A stretch of DNA of 64,000 nt, from the NCBI GenBank assembly GCA_002633005.1, contig NMRA01000117.1, positions 665,894-729,893 on the forward strand, written 5' to 3'. Of this stretch, positions 40,501 to 55,500 are shown one piece after another. This stretch comes from Phoronis australis (taxonomy: Eukaryota; Animalia; Phoronida). Under the pieces are notes generated by a model, which was not told the DNA's origin, ran no database searches, and saw only the letters and a list, made by a program, of their open reading frames with translations. The number at the start of each line of letters is the position of its first letter. Positions within the stretch are counted from its first letter, which is position 1. A program made the position numbers and the translations under genes.

Positions 40501-43500
40501 CTACTGTAACAGAATGCTGGATTTGTAGTTTGCCAGTAGGTATTAATGATTACAGAATGTACACCAATGTAGAGCCAGACCTACAAATGTGCAGCATCTG
40601 ATCCTAGTCTATCTGAGGTTAAACCATGGTAAGGTGCATCACTAAAGAAGACTGGTGGCTCCACCACAGCCAGGGCTCAACATTAACTTTTTAAGTAATT
40701 GAAACTTTTACTTGCCCGAACAAAAAATTCACTTGCCTCAATTACAATCCCAAATAGCACCGTGCATGTGCACACCTGTGTAATGTGTTACGGTAGGGCT
40801 GCCTGTGCTGAGCCTCCTCTTGTGTTGCGCATGCTATATACATGAGTTGCTATTTTTTAACGATTCTTCTTATAGAACATTTACTTATAATGTGTGTCAA
40901 AACACTACAGAGATAAATTAGTAGAGTAACTATGGTATCTGAACCACTGTTTCGCGTTCACAGGTGCCGAAATGAGCTAAGACATGAACTCTAGACACTT
41001 CTGTGTATTCATTAGTTTATACGCCCTCATGCATTATTGAGCTGTTGCTTAACCTGAATTTGAATTTTTGCTATCCGTAAAAATCTTGCACAGTTTTGGT
41101 CATCAGTACCTTGTATTAAATTAAAATCAAATTTTAACATATAATAATGCCACATATACTTTTATTTTCAATACATGATTACATTTTTGAAAAATAGATA
41201 GACCGCGAAAATCACTCTTCAGAGCGACAATCCTGAAGACCGTATTCCTCTTCTTTCGGGAGTCGCCACCGGGAGCCGGGAATTCATAAGAATTTCCTTT
41301 GGAATTCCACCTGAATAAATACCAGGCCTTTAAAACTGCTGTGTAGTGTAGAAAATGTGTGGTCAATCATTCACTTTTTAGCTTTTGCGCTTATCTGTTT
41401 GACTTACATCCGCCAACGAACGCGGTGCTTCCAGTTGTACATGGGTAAACGCCGGCACAATCACACGTTATCCCTTGTTCACTGTCTCGCAGGCCAGGAA
41501 ACCTAATTTCCCATGACGGAACCCATTCCCGCACTCTTTTCGTTTCATATTGTTGCTTTGATTCTTCCTGAAATCGTTTTTAGCAACTCAACCAATGCCG
41601 TACAGGCCTGGATGGCTTCCTTGTTTGGACGTTTTGCCAGAGTGCAGACGATCAGTAGTATCACGTGACACCTTAATCAGAAACTGCAGGGCACGTTCGG
41701 AGAATCGAAAGGATTTGACCGCGGGCGTCATCTGTGCATGCTGCATCACACACGTTCTATTTTCCTTTCGGTGCTCATTCGAAAACGGAGTTTCTTTGAC
41801 GGCCACAAGGGCTTTTTCGACGGTTTTTAGGCTTGTGTCAGGGTTCGTTACTTTGGAGCAAATGTCAAGCAGACAATCTTAGGATCTACTTGCCTATGCA
41901 GCCAGCTTTTTAACTTGCCCATCGGGCAAGTACTTTTCAAATTCCACTCGTCCGACGCAAAATCTACATGTACACGGGCAATCGGGCAACCGTTAGTGTT
42001 GAGCCCTGAGAGCCAAATTAAGCCTGAGAAATTAATTCTTATCGTGAACCCGGGTAAACGTGTGGATTATGAGGAAGCCTAAGGGGTGGTATATACTCAC
42101 CCATTCTGTATGTGCACCCTTTTTCGCAATTGAGTTTAACACTGAAGGCAGTTGGCATCTTTAAATCCTTCTAGCCCGCGCAAATACTCCCGCAATCAAC
42201 TTTTTTTGCCGAATAGCCATTCATTCCGATAACGAAATTGAATACAAAAAACCATTACAGTCAATGTGCTCGAGGTTAAACACAAACATACAGACGCTTA
42301 TGCGAAGGTCGCCTTTCACGCCAAGAGGAGGCAGCACAGACAAGGGACCTGCCTTGACAAACCCCAGAACTTCCAGCCATTTCTAGCACTCAGTAGCTGA
42401 AGGTTAACTTATAACTTACATTTTCATCCACTGACCAGGTGAGTTCCCCGTCATCATAGAGCACAAAGAACCGTCTCTGCCACCGCTGAAAGAACAGCAA
42501 AAATGTTCATCAGTGATTGGACTTGTCAGGTAATGTTCTGAAGGTCTTTTTTTGGATGGAATCGTTGATGAGCAGCGTTAACATGAAAAGTTTGATGAGA
42601 ATTTAGAATACCCTGAACTCATCAAGCCTTTAACGTGCATTATATCAAGAACAAGTAATAAAACGGCCCTTTTCACAAACTTCAAAAAAAAAACAATATG
42701 CAGTCATATTCGCAAATTCAACTGCAATAATTGTTCTGCTAAAATACAAGCTAACCTCACTTTGCATTGTTCAAAAATGACAAACGATGGTCCCCCTTGC
42801 TGTCACAAACTCAAAAAATTACTTTTAATTCCAGTAATATACAGCAACTAACTTTCCTCTTAAGTCCAGATATTGTAACTGAAGAAAAAATGAAAAACAT
42901 TTTGAAGAACTAGAAATAACCAGATGAGTTTGAGACAAGAGACCTCGGCAAGCTGAATTTTAAAGCTCGAGTCAGTCACCAGAAAAACTGATTTCCCAGG
43001 TGGCTGATGTCATCATCAGACAGGTGGAGCACCTCATCACCAGACAGGTGAAGAACCTAATCACCAGGCAGGTGACGCTTGAGTACACTCAGGGTTAAAT
43101 TACGTTTCTATTATTGCAGGGTACTCCTAGGGCAAAAATTCAAACACAGCAGGTTTTCATGTAGCAATCCTCGTTTCTGCCAATAGTCGATTTTCAAAAT
43201 AGTCACACCATATTGAAATTCACTGTCTCGTCAGGTGGCGATAAGACCTTTGACAAACAGGAGTTCAGAGCCACCAATAGATGCCGTGTAATATGGTAGG
43301 GAGGTGTCAATCTATTGCTATGAACAGCATTGTAACACCTTTCCTCTTACTGCAATGATGGCAAATTTCCGCTGTTGCGCTGTGGGGTGTACTAGCGGCT
43401 TACGGAGAAAGGCAAACCTTTTGAAAAATACATGAATGAAGAAACACTAGGGTAACAATCTCCAGTTACCACAGCGACAGTCTCTAAAATTTGGGACCTC

Positions 43501-46500
43501 AAAATTCAAGCCGAAATTAAGTTTTTATGGTTCTGAACACTGCGACATGGGCAATTCTGGTGTTTGTCATTTTTCTCAAATACTGAATGATGTTTTCATA
43601 TCAATAGAGTCTAAAATAGGAGTTGGTGGGAGATAAAATTGTCAAAAATAGCTGCCAACATAACGTTTTCATGAGTCTCCATGTGTATAACACTGAGATG
43701 AATGATTATTTGTTTATCTGCCATAAATTTCTTTAAAAATAAAAATACTAGTTGTGAAAAATAGGCTTGTCCTTTACAACGCGAACAAAACCGTGAGACT
43801 CGACATTCCTATGAGACGTTTGTACGCACACCATCCATGGGTTCGGGCACCGGTAAGTTTGGCGTCTTTCAGAGCTTAACTAATTCTTGAACTTGCCCAT
43901 TTCTAAAATTTGGTACATGCTCCGACCTTGAGCAAATCAACTTTTTCACTGTACCAAAGTGGGCATTACGATATTCATTTCCCAATCGTAATCACCAGTT
44001 AGATAACCTCCAATCACGCCCCGACCAAGTGCACCTTAGCTAACTGATTAGGTGAGTCTCTTAAAACACTGTTTGGGCAACCTGGATGTCACTTCACCCC
44101 ATGCGCAACTGATTAAACTAGCATTAACACCAGAAACATGGGTGCTAAAACCCCAAACAGGCGAGGTGATAAAGTAGTTGAATTTCAATTAGATAGATAA
44201 AAGAAATGTACAATAGAGCAAGTCAAAACCCAAACGGGCAGTGATAAAAACTGTAAATTCAATCAAAATGACAAAAGAAATGAACAACCAAGGTGCGTGC
44301 TAAAAAGCCAAACTGGAACTGATGAAAATGGAATTTCAATCAAACGGACAAAAGAAATATACAAGAGACGGCCACCGACAACAACTGGAATGTGACATTT
44401 TAAAATGTCCAACGCTTCATGCCAATACATTGCTCTTAGACATTTCTTGATGGCTTCACAGTGCTGTGTGTTATCACAGCTGACACATTCATCACCAAAT
44501 CATGAAATAGTTTTTGTCATATGTCAGCAAACAGGGACACCTTTATTGCACTTAAGTGCCAACTACAACTCTGTTTCCAGATGACAATAAACTAAATTAG
44601 ATTCCTTCAGACACCAGGTTCATAGCCAGGGGCTCTCCTCCGTATAATGGGCAGGGGGGGGGGGGGGNGGGGGGGGGGGGGGTTGCCTCTGCACTGTGGA
44701 ACATTCAAACCCATGCAGTACCTAGGTATGTGAACATTAGCAAAATCACAGTATCGATTTTATTGACTTAGAATCTATTTCAATTTGATATTTCTCTTCA
44801 GGGTGTCAGCGACAAGTCATCAAATCATTGCAACACTAAAACCTAAGAAAGCAATATACTAACATGAGTTAATGACAAGTCACCACCAATTACCAACGTA
44901 CCCCCCCCCCAGATTTATTTCACAGTTGCAGTTTGAAACAACAAGTTTAGACTTTCTCAACCCCAAAGTAATCAAGGAACTGTTTTGTTCCAAAAATAGG
45001 GTATCGGGCTAAACATACCTTAACATGTTATTACTTGCGCTAAACAAAGTCAAGAAATATTACCAATTACTTGACAATATTGCAAATCCACCCAAGGCAG
45101 CTAAACACAGTTAGTTGTAACACAAGAGATTAACCCATATGAAATGTAAATGATCACATGAAAGTAGGTCATTTAACGAGTGAGTGAGGTGAGCCTCTTG
45201 CAACAGACACACCTGCTGAGATCACCTGGAGAGCAACTATTTTTTAATTTGTAATTCCTGGCAATTAGTGAGTGACATGCTGGTTCTAAAAAGACCAAAT
45301 ATTTGGGTCATTAGATGAACAATCCTAATGTTCATCAGTATATTTAGACATCTAACCAGAACTATGTTGAAAGTAACTACCTAGTACGCTACATCTACAA
45401 GACTTTCCATTTTCAAAAACAGAAACCCGTTTGAGCAAACTTCAAATTCATTTTCCGTTTTGTAAATGAGCAAAATCCCATAGTAAATATGCATAAATAT
45501 GAATTGGTGCCGAAGTACAGCCAAATATGAATTGTATAAATATGGTGGGAGACAACCCACTGCATTAAATCCACTCAAGAATGCAGAATGCTGTCCACCA
45601 ATTACTGCCCCTCTAGCCACAAGGCATATTTCATCATGCCACTGTTATTTAGGAGAACAGCTATTAGACAAAATGTGTGATCACACAGAACACTGAAATT
45701 CTTAACCTGCTAACAACTGCACCCTATCTTTTATTTTCTCGTTTTAAATGCCTTGACCATAATGGAATAAGGTGCAAATATCAAACTAAAAAAATTCCCC
45801 GATTACAAACACATTGGCCTGCTAAACACTGGAGCACACAGGACAAGTCTTCTTCAATATCAGGTATACAGGAGAAGAAAGAGGAATATTGAAATGAAGA
45901 CACTTCAACCATTTGGTTCTCACTATGTGTGGACAGAAGTGTGTTGAATAGAGTGAGCGTGTAAGTGGGCTTTTGAGGTATCAAGAGGACACCCCAACAA
46001 CTGGGACAGAATGATGACAAGACACAACAACAACCAGGACAGAATGATGACAAGACACAACAACAACCAGGACAGAATGATGACAAGACACAACAAAATT
46101 GATGTGCGCACATAAATGACCATTTCTGGGCAATTATCTTGGTCCGAATTTCTGAGAGTACTGCAATGCATTAAGGGTGGGTGGGGCAGCAGGAATAAAC
46201 CACCCAGAGCACAAATATTGAGGTCAATGAAAACACAAGACCATTTAGCTGTTTGTCCCAAGCACAATCATAAAAGGTTTTGTGAGCCATACTTCAACAA
46301 ACAAGGCAGTACCATCAAAGGCCAGCAGACTCTGGTTTGTGTATTGACTAAGCAAGCAGAGCATCCACTCAGAAAATACGCATTGTAGTTGGGAAGCAAA
46401 AAATTTCGATATTATTGTACGTATCGCTTGAGTTTGCAATTCACCTGTTCTTTGTTATGGAAAGGTGACTGGGTACATTGCTTTTTCCATATTTCTCAGT

Positions 46501-49500
46501 GAACAGCCATAGACCAAGAGCACGACAGGTCAATTGTAAACGATGGCCAGCTGATCCACAGTTTGAGCACAAAGTGAATAATATACCCTTTCAATAATGC
46601 AAAGATATATACGGTACTATGATTACTATCAAATCGTGACGCATTATTTGCGAGTTGGATTGCACTGCAATTTGCACTTTCCATAATGCAAATGACAGAC
46701 ACCATTTCTATCGGGCACAAGCTATGACAATTCATCGGTTGGTAGCAAGCTTTGCTTGAATTTTCCGCACTTTCCATCATGCATGGGTTCAAGAATTACA
46801 GCCATACTGACCAGCTTTACAACATTTGTACGTAGGATCACATCAGATTGTGCAGAAACTTTCAACATAACCAGACACTACATATACATCTGCTACTGAT
46901 CGGATGATAAATCTTTCATCTTATAGATTCTTGGTTGGACAGATGAAAATTTGAAATTTGATGAAAATTACCGTGCCATAATGACACATGTAATGGCTAT
47001 CTGATACATGACAGGATGCGTAACATATGTAGCAAAGTTGTCTGGAGATTAAACAGCTTATTAATACTCAACGTGTTGCAAAAACCATAACCAAAACGCA
47101 GACATCATTTCTTAACCCGTGCCATTAAAATGAAAAATCAATGTCAATCAGAGCCATAGGCACTCAGGAATGGGAACTAGTCTGATTGAGGATTAATATT
47201 CTCTTCATGCAGCAGCTCAACAATCAACACACCAACTGCAACTTTACATCACATGTGCTATAAATGTTCAACTGAACACTCATGCTGCTACTAACAGTCA
47301 GACTGGAATGTGACCAGGCATTCTGACCAGTTCAGCCATTCAGTAGAGCCAATAACAACACAAAGCCTGTATGTAATGGGTAAAGAGCCTGTCACAAAGT
47401 TTTCAACACTGGTGATAAATTGGTGAAAGGGAACAATAAAAATTCCCAATGACTGAGGCTTGCCAACAGAGACTTGAATGAACAAACTATTGAGTCAGAT
47501 TGCAACAAGTACCAAGAAAACCAATCCTACCACACAGACAATAGGAAACTCTGAAGTCCTGTCCACACACAGACTAACCCCAGAAGAACCTGCACTGGTG
47601 CAACTTGCCCCACTTGAAGTGGAGCGTCCAAACACACATATCCAGTAACTAGTGCAAGGCCTAAGTTGTCGCCCTGTGCTTGACAATGAACAGCTGATAC
47701 GAATAGAATACTGCATTAGAAGTGGCCCAAGTTACCCTGGAACAAGTTACCGTACCTCGATACAGAAAAATCAGGAACCCCAACTGGGAATCGAACCACA
47801 GGTCTCTAGATTGCCGGTATAGTGCTCTCACCACTGAGCTACTGAGGACCCAATATCTGTGCAATTACTGTTTACAGCCAACTGTTGAGTCGTACATCCC
47901 ATGAGCGGTGTTTCGCCTTTTTCACACGGGGAGAAAGGCGAAACACCGCTCATGGGATATATGACTTAACAGTTGACTGTAAACAGTAATTGCACAGATA
48001 TCGGGTCCTCAGTAGCTCAGTGGAGAGAGCACTAGACCGGCAATCTAGATACCTGTGGTTCGATTCCCAGTTGGAGTTCCTGANGAACAAGTTACCGTAC
48101 CTCGATACAGAAAAATCAGGAACCCCAACTGGGAATCGAACCATAGGTCTCTAGATTGCCGGTATAGTGCTCTCACCACTGAGCTACTGAGGACCCAATA
48201 TCTGTGCAATTACTGTTTACAGCCAACTGTTGAGTCGTACATCCCATGAGCGGTGTTTCGCCTTTTTCACACGGGGAGAAAGGCAAAACACCGCTCATGG
48301 GATATATGACTTAACAGTTGACTGTAAACAGTAATTGCACAGATATCGGGTCCTCAGTAGCTCAGTGGAGAGAGCACTAGACCGGCAATCTAGATACCTG
48401 TGGTTCGATTCCCAGTTGGAGTTCCTGATTTTTCTGTGTTTATTTGATATATTTCATTACTGGCCAACCTCATCGTCTATTTATTTACTACTTCAATAAG
48501 GTGGAGTAAGTTGTCACAAGTGGGACAAGTTGCACTAGAATAAACAGCATCCACACAACCTCCAAACATAGGAACAATTCATTCCAGGAGTAACTCGTTC
48601 TAGGGAAAGGCTACATGTGGATGACACTTAAGGGCTCCATAATGTTAAGGTGGATCTCAAAGCAACAGGATTCACCCTCCCATGTGACAAAGCATTGAGA
48701 ACCTTGTGAGAAAGAATTGCATTCCAGACTAAGTTATCTATTTTCACTTGTAGGCAGTCCATTGGCAAGCTGGCAAAACAGCCAGTTGCTTTGCATCTGA
48801 TCACCAACTTAACAAACCACTGCTCATGTGAATGGTTGCAAGAAACCTTTCAGTCTGCTGTGCCAGTCATAGAGCTTGTAGCCCCCAAAACAGCTGGATA
48901 AAGTCTGTATGAGCAACAACAGCAGAAGACATACACTGTCAATGGAGCACAGTGTGATGCCTGTAGCCACTGTGAAGAGTTATTGGAAAAGGTCAAAGGT
49001 CAACACTTGCTCAACTTCCTGAGCTTTTTTAGAACCACAAGACCATTCAAAACACCAGCCTCATAGTTTTGAGCCACCAAATCCCAGCTTAACCATTACC
49101 CCACACTTTTCTCCATGACACGCAAACTGTTAAAAAACCAGCAACCCACTACAGTCAAAACAGTTTTGACAAGATACAGCCATTCAACACTAAAATTGTT
49201 AGTGTCCATAAATAATTGGAAGGAAGACTATATAACCACTAACCATGCTGCACCAGAAACTTCTAGCCAGAACTATTACAGTCAGGATATGAGTAAACAG
49301 GACTAGATGCAGGGATGTGGGAGGAACAGAGTCAACATTGTCTCAGGTGTTTACTGCTCTAACTTAGTCAGACATTTGCCATGTTTAATACTAGATTCAC
49401 AGGAATGTCAGCTCTTCCCTAGAAGCGAAAAATACTTAAGTTTTAGCCAGACAGGCGAGCTGTCCACAAAGGGGTCATTTTCGCCAGTACTTGGTAGTTT

Positions 49501-52500
49501 TCTCACCAGCTGAATAACTTTTAAATCAAAATTGATTTCGAAACGGGTTTATTATCTGTGATAAATTGATTAACATAACTGTAAACAAAGGTCTATGTCC
49601 CTGTGCACGTGTGTGCTTGATCTAAGTGGTCTAGCTACAATAATGCAAGTGAAAACACCAGCAGATTTGGGATAACTCGAATCACCAGCAATGGGCCAAC
49701 AATGTGTCAGCAATAGGCAAGCAATGTGCCAGCAATGGGCAAGCAATGTGCCAGCAATGGGCAAGCAATGTGCCAGCAATAGGCAAGCAATGGGCAAGCA
49801 AAGGGGAAAGAAATGTGCCAGCAATGGGCAAACAATGTGCCAGCAATGGACACGCAATGTGCCAGCAATGGGCAAGGAATGTGCCAGCAATGTGCCAGCA
49901 ATGGGCAAGCAATGTGCCAGCAATGGGCAAGCAAAGTGCCAGGAAGGCACCAGCAACACATGCTACCAGTCACATTGCTGGTGTTTTCATTGCTGGCACA
50001 AATATCAACAATTTCCAAGACAAGTTTCCCAACAGTTAAGCAACTCTACAACACTTCACTATCCCAAAAATACTGTTTCAAGTGCAAACAAAAAATGTAA
50101 TGATGACTTTACCTGCTGGAAAGCATTTAAGTAGCCAAGGTACTTTTTAGTGACTTTGCACAAAACCAACACTTTCTTTCAAGACCTCGACCAAAATTCA
50201 AAGACTTTTTTCACTATGCTCACAGCTACTGTCTAGGTTGGTATTTGACTTTTTTTAAAAGTACGGCATGACGGCACCCCTTACCCATAATGCATGAGGA
50301 ATAAAGCCCCACGAATGCATGTTCAGATTTTTACACGGAATAAGTATAAAGTGGTTGAATCAAGATTATTTGAGCAAAATGTTAATAAGTCGCATTAACC
50401 AGTTTGGTGAGGACAAAACTTTGGTACTTACCCTCGTTCGCTGCAGGGGGTTATTGAAGTCAAAGTCGGGATTGAGGAAGAGATAACCACACTTAGACAC
50501 CTTACGTGCAATCTGCAAATATAAAGTGAAAATTTTCTGTAATTTTACTCCTACAGAAAAGCAGAGACCATGGGAAAATGATAACCTGATTTTGTATTGT
50601 AATTTATGCTAGTCTTACGCACTACAACCACCTTAAAGCATGTCACACACACACAGTGCAGTGATTCAATTATGAAGATGGCAGTCAGGAAAACAAGCAC
50701 TAGATCTAATAACTGAGATTAATTGAAAATTGTATTTTTAAGAAAGCTTTATGGCATAACAGCATTGTGACTTCTCCATTTATAACTCATACACAGACTG
50801 TCATATTACAGTGCGTCAAGGGATAGCCAGCATATCAAGATCACTGGACTGGTTGGAAAATAGACTTGTGGATTTTCATGTTTTTTGTAATGAAATAGGA
50901 CAAAAAAGATGCCCAGTAACCCTCAACAACACAATAGTCAGTCATTTGCATCTGAATTTTAGTCAAGGTCAAACATCTAGGCTACCAATTTTGTTTCAGC
51001 TTAAATTACCTGTACACTGGTTGATTTTGTACTTATGAAAACCCATTAAACCCAAATTAGACAGCGTGTTCTGGTGAAAATAATAGGTGATCTTTGCGTG
51101 GGACAATAGAGCTCAGCCAGATTTGACAGGTCAACCGCTTCAATTATTAAAAATATGATTCTGAAGTTGGGTGAAATTAGGATAATAACACAGGTGTAAC
51201 AAACACAATATGAACCCAGCAGGACTGTTTGAACTGAGAGGGGTAAATACAGGTAAAAGGTGACCTGGACAACATGAATATAAGTGCGAGGCGATTATGA
51301 ATGGGCTGGTAATCAAATCCTAGACATAATATACCTGAGGCAGTGAAGATGAGAGCGTTGTCATTTTTGGTATTGACAATAAATTGCTGTTTTAATGAAG
51401 TACGGCTGAAATGAACAGCCTTAGGAAGTTGCTTGTTCAACAAAATGGTTTTGTGCAAGAGCTTTCCACGATAGGTATCGGTTCCAGATTGTTCTCCACC
51501 TGCTTTGGCTCCTCGTAATAATGAGTTAGATTTTTGCTGCGTTGAGTTAGGGGCAACTCTTTAATAATAAGGGTCTTAGCTTATATGTTTGCTTTATCTG
51601 TCTTCTATTTGTACATTTATATGTTTTTAATTTTTACTCGAGTTTGTCAGAAAATAGACCTTTAAAGCTAATATTGATTGTATATGAATTCTGAATGAAT
51701 AAATTTTCTAAGTCTTATGTTCACCTGTGTTGAGATCGAATTTTCTGTTGTGAAACACCCTTTACAATGGTGTGTGAGAAAACTCAGATCTGACCACAAT
51801 GAGATACCAAGTGCCTCCTTATTTCCAGTGCAGATGCTAAATCAGATAAGCCTCCACACAGGACTGGAGCATACCTAGTACACCTTTGTAACAATTAGCC
51901 CCATACAATGTAAACCACCTTATTTGTCTGAAGGGCCTGTCCATCACAATGGTGCTCACAGCACATACTATGGCATTAGTGGATTTACTCCTACACTCTG
52001 CTATTGTGAACACTGGCCACAATCACTTGGTCACAATAGATGTATGTATTGGTTTGTTTGGGAATGTCTCAGGGGGTTTTGTTGTTCAAACAGGTAAATG
52101 AGGGGCCGCTCCCACTGTTACACAAACTGGTCAGGAGACTTCAACAACAGTAAGGTTCCACTGTTGAGTTCAAATACCTGACTCATCTGTCTGTTGTCAT
52201 CTCATTCAACACCTGTTACGCGATTTGGATAAAAAGAAACTTAAGACTTGTTAAACCTTGACAACCAAAGTACTCAATTATTCTAGACTTCAAATATTCT
52301 GATAAGAAATTTAGCCTAGGGTAAAAAGCCCAAGTAATTTTACTGAAATGATTTGTGTAAACTAAAACAGAAATACAGTGGTACCTCCAAGGCCTCAAAA
52401 AGCTCATTTCTGTAATCTGAATTATTTTAAACCTTTCATGGGATGACAGAATGTTCAAAAGACAACCAATTGTCAAAGCCCGAGGGTACAAAACAAAATA

Positions 52501-55500
52501 TTAGTTTCATCATTGACAATCCCCTAGTACAACATTGTACATGAAAGTATCATCACAGGCACTCATTTCAATATTTAGAAGCTCGTGTAACATGACAATA
52601 TGCCCATACAGGACATCATTAATACAGACAATTCAACAGCAATCAAAGAGAAAGAGATGGTCAATAGAAATTGTCAAGTAAACAACTTTATCTTGTTATA
52701 ACTGTGTATCTACGGTATGCTTTGTCAGTGTTCGTGCACAAACACGTCCAAATAACCAAGAGAATCTACATTTGATTTAAAAAAAATCACGTGAACTCAA
52801 TGTCTCATTATACAAAAGACAATGTCCCTACGCTATGTAACGGGTGACCATGTCAATCCAGAAAGCAACCTAAGGGTCACCTATTGCTATCCCCTTAGAG
52901 TCCAAAAAATGTGGCAGGTCGATGGCCATGTCAACAACATTTACTAAGTTGGGTATCAAGTCAACCTTTCCAACCACCCGTCCCTATCATGAATTATCTC
53001 CCTCATCTGCTAGCGAAAGTGATCATGCAGACTAAAGTGCCCTCCACATACAGACTTACTTTAGCAGAAGTTACACCTGGGACAAATTGTTGCTAGGTTT
53101 AGGCGCTGTCTGGATACAATTTAAACTAAAGTAATTTGCCCTTTGTGACAACTTACAGCACCTCAGTGAGGTACAGTACATTGTTCTAGGGTAACTTGCG
53201 CCACTTCTAATCACTAAATGGCCCCAAACCGGAGCAAGGCTGAAGAAATTACCAGCTGTGTGCTAGTGGAGTTATATACACACATTTGGATCTTCCTTTT
53301 TCACGGATTAGTTATTCATAGTCACGCGTAAAGCAAAAACTTCCACTTTGTGTTATTGAATATGTGTGTGGACGCTCCACTTAAAGTGCTAGTTGTGTTA
53401 GGGCAAGTCTGTGTCAATGGAATGGACTTGTGGCAATAATCACTTTGAGGTGGGAACATTCCAAGATAAAATCAAGGTATGTACATTATACAGGACTACT
53501 AGTTGTAATTGACCTATGACCTGCAATGTGAATATGATGCATTCCTGACTAGATACTTGTTAAGCATCAGCTGAACTCACAGGTATCTATGGGTGAATGT
53601 GCTACCAAGAACAGTGAACAGAAACATTGTCATTCAGCCACTTGTCAAATACATTTTACAATCAGATGAAGCCACATCACAGAACATACAAGACCCTAAG
53701 CGGACAATGTCAGAATTGAAAGGCAGGCAGAATCGAACTGAACTGTCCATTCTAACAATCACCACTAGAGGATTGAAATAAATGTTATCACTTCTACCAC
53801 TATTTGTGTTGCCTATGCTACTTACAAAGACTGTTATTTTATTTGGAATACCTGACTGGAGGGCTTTGTCAGCCCAGTACAGCTACACTACAAGTTGGAC
53901 CATCTGAAGGACGAATGTCAAACAAATCAAAACCAGGGGTATGGACCAATCAACCAAATGGACAATAGTGACAAGCAGGGAAAGAGATCACTTCATAATT
54001 GCAGCCCCATGCATGCACTGGGAAATTAATCGCTGGTTTTTGGTACTAGAGGTTCAAAGATAAGAGCAAAACAATCAATCCGATGTTATGTCACTACTCT
54101 TCTAAAGATTAAATGCCCATCCACTCCTGGGTGTGCACTACCATTAAATTTAATGTGACCACAATTAACCTGTCCATTATGTCAGTCACTATTTGTGGCA
54201 AGGTCAAAGTCCAAACACTGGTTTGCTTCTCTATTCAACTCAACCAGGTGTGTGTTCCATACAAGAAGCTAGTGCCATCAAGAGTTTTGCTTACAATAAA
54301 TGTCAATATCTTGCCAAGTCTTGGGTGATCTTGCATTTTCGCAAGGTTCTTGTGTCTATGGAACTGACGCCTGGTTTCCTTTGAGTTATGGTAAGAAAAT
54401 GGACAACTCAGTACTGCAAGACCTCACAGCTTGTACTCATTAAGCCTTTCCCAATTAATGAAAACTCTACATTACATCCACACACAGACTTACCCTGGAA
54501 TAAGTTACTTGAGGAAAGAATTGCCGTTAGGTTTGAGTGCTGTGTGGACGCTATTTAAATTGGCGCAACTTATCCCACTTCTGACAACCACCTCATTGAG
54601 GTGGGGTACCTTGTTCTAGGGTAACTTGCGCCACTTGTAATCGCTGTGTGGCCACAAAAGTGAGAAAGGACGGTTCCATACAGACAGGTTTTCTCTTGCA
54701 CAACGTATTGGCATTAGGTTTCATTGTCACGAGAGCGACAACTTCCGCCTTACCCTAGTTATCGGATATGTGTGTGTGGCGGCTCCACTTAAAAGTTGCA
54801 CTAGTGCAAATTGTTTTAGGGTAGACTGTGTGTGGACAGAACTTAGAAACAAGAGCAATGCGGAGCATTGAAATACGCCCACGAATGCATAATTGCAAAT
54901 GGTGTGCTCCTAGGGTTGTTTATTTGTATCATAAAAATGGAAACTAGATGGCACAAAAACATGCAATCCATCCAAAAACAAGAACATGCCATATTTCATA
55001 AAAATCTGTCAAGGAACTTCAGAGAAACAAAGAAAAACAGAATGCAATGAAACTGCCATTAGTGGGCACAGCAGTACTCAGGTCTGTCTTCATCCGTAGT
55101 CAACATCACATAAATACACTTCCTAAATTAAGTAAAGTTCCTGTGAATGGTTTATGAGGTACGGCCAAGAGCACAACAAAAACAAAACTGACACTAGGAG
55201 GCGCCACAGTAGTCGAAATCGTCGGAAAATCATAGTCAACCGTCCTCTTCATAGTAAGCACATACATGCCAATTTTCACAATCATCCTTTGAGCGGTTTG
55301 GTTGAACTTGATAGGGAGGATAGCGTCATCTCACTAATAGGTGCCTACATACCAAATTTCATGAAAATCCGCTCAGGACTTTTGAAGATACAAAGGTAAG
55401 CGTAAAAAATTTAAATTGCCACTAGGGGGCACACCGGTAATCGGATCTGTCCGAAAGTTCGCTCATGTCGTCCCATTCATGAATGGAACATATATGCCAA

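Larger units (their letters stand above)
47548..48635 (-). mobile_element. MITE family B copy interrupted by the tRNA-like palindrome
   Basis: ~47550-47760 and ~48490-48620 are reverse-complement matches to the two halves of 54465-54847. Confidence 0.75.

Noticed and set aside
41127-41882. Transposase ORFs inside the hAT-like element
   Set aside because: Short ORFs with no recognisable BED finger, DDE or hAT dimerisation motif.
47900-47955. Hammerhead ribozyme at the palindrome centre (GGCGAAAC)
   Set aside because: No intact CUGANGA core in the required position; a covariance-model search would be needed to revive it.
47774-48425. Four functional tRNA-Ala genes
   Set aside because: Acceptor and T stems are mismatched, C at position 33, atypical GGC anticodon, nested in a MITE; two copies are probably an assembly duplicate.
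48640-49460. Possible decayed RTE-type LINE fragment
   Set aside because: Only vague motif resemblance and no ORF; not supportable without a search.
49570-50134. Multiple overlapping Cys/Trp-rich ORFs
   Set aside because: Translations of a stop-free 22-bp minisatellite.
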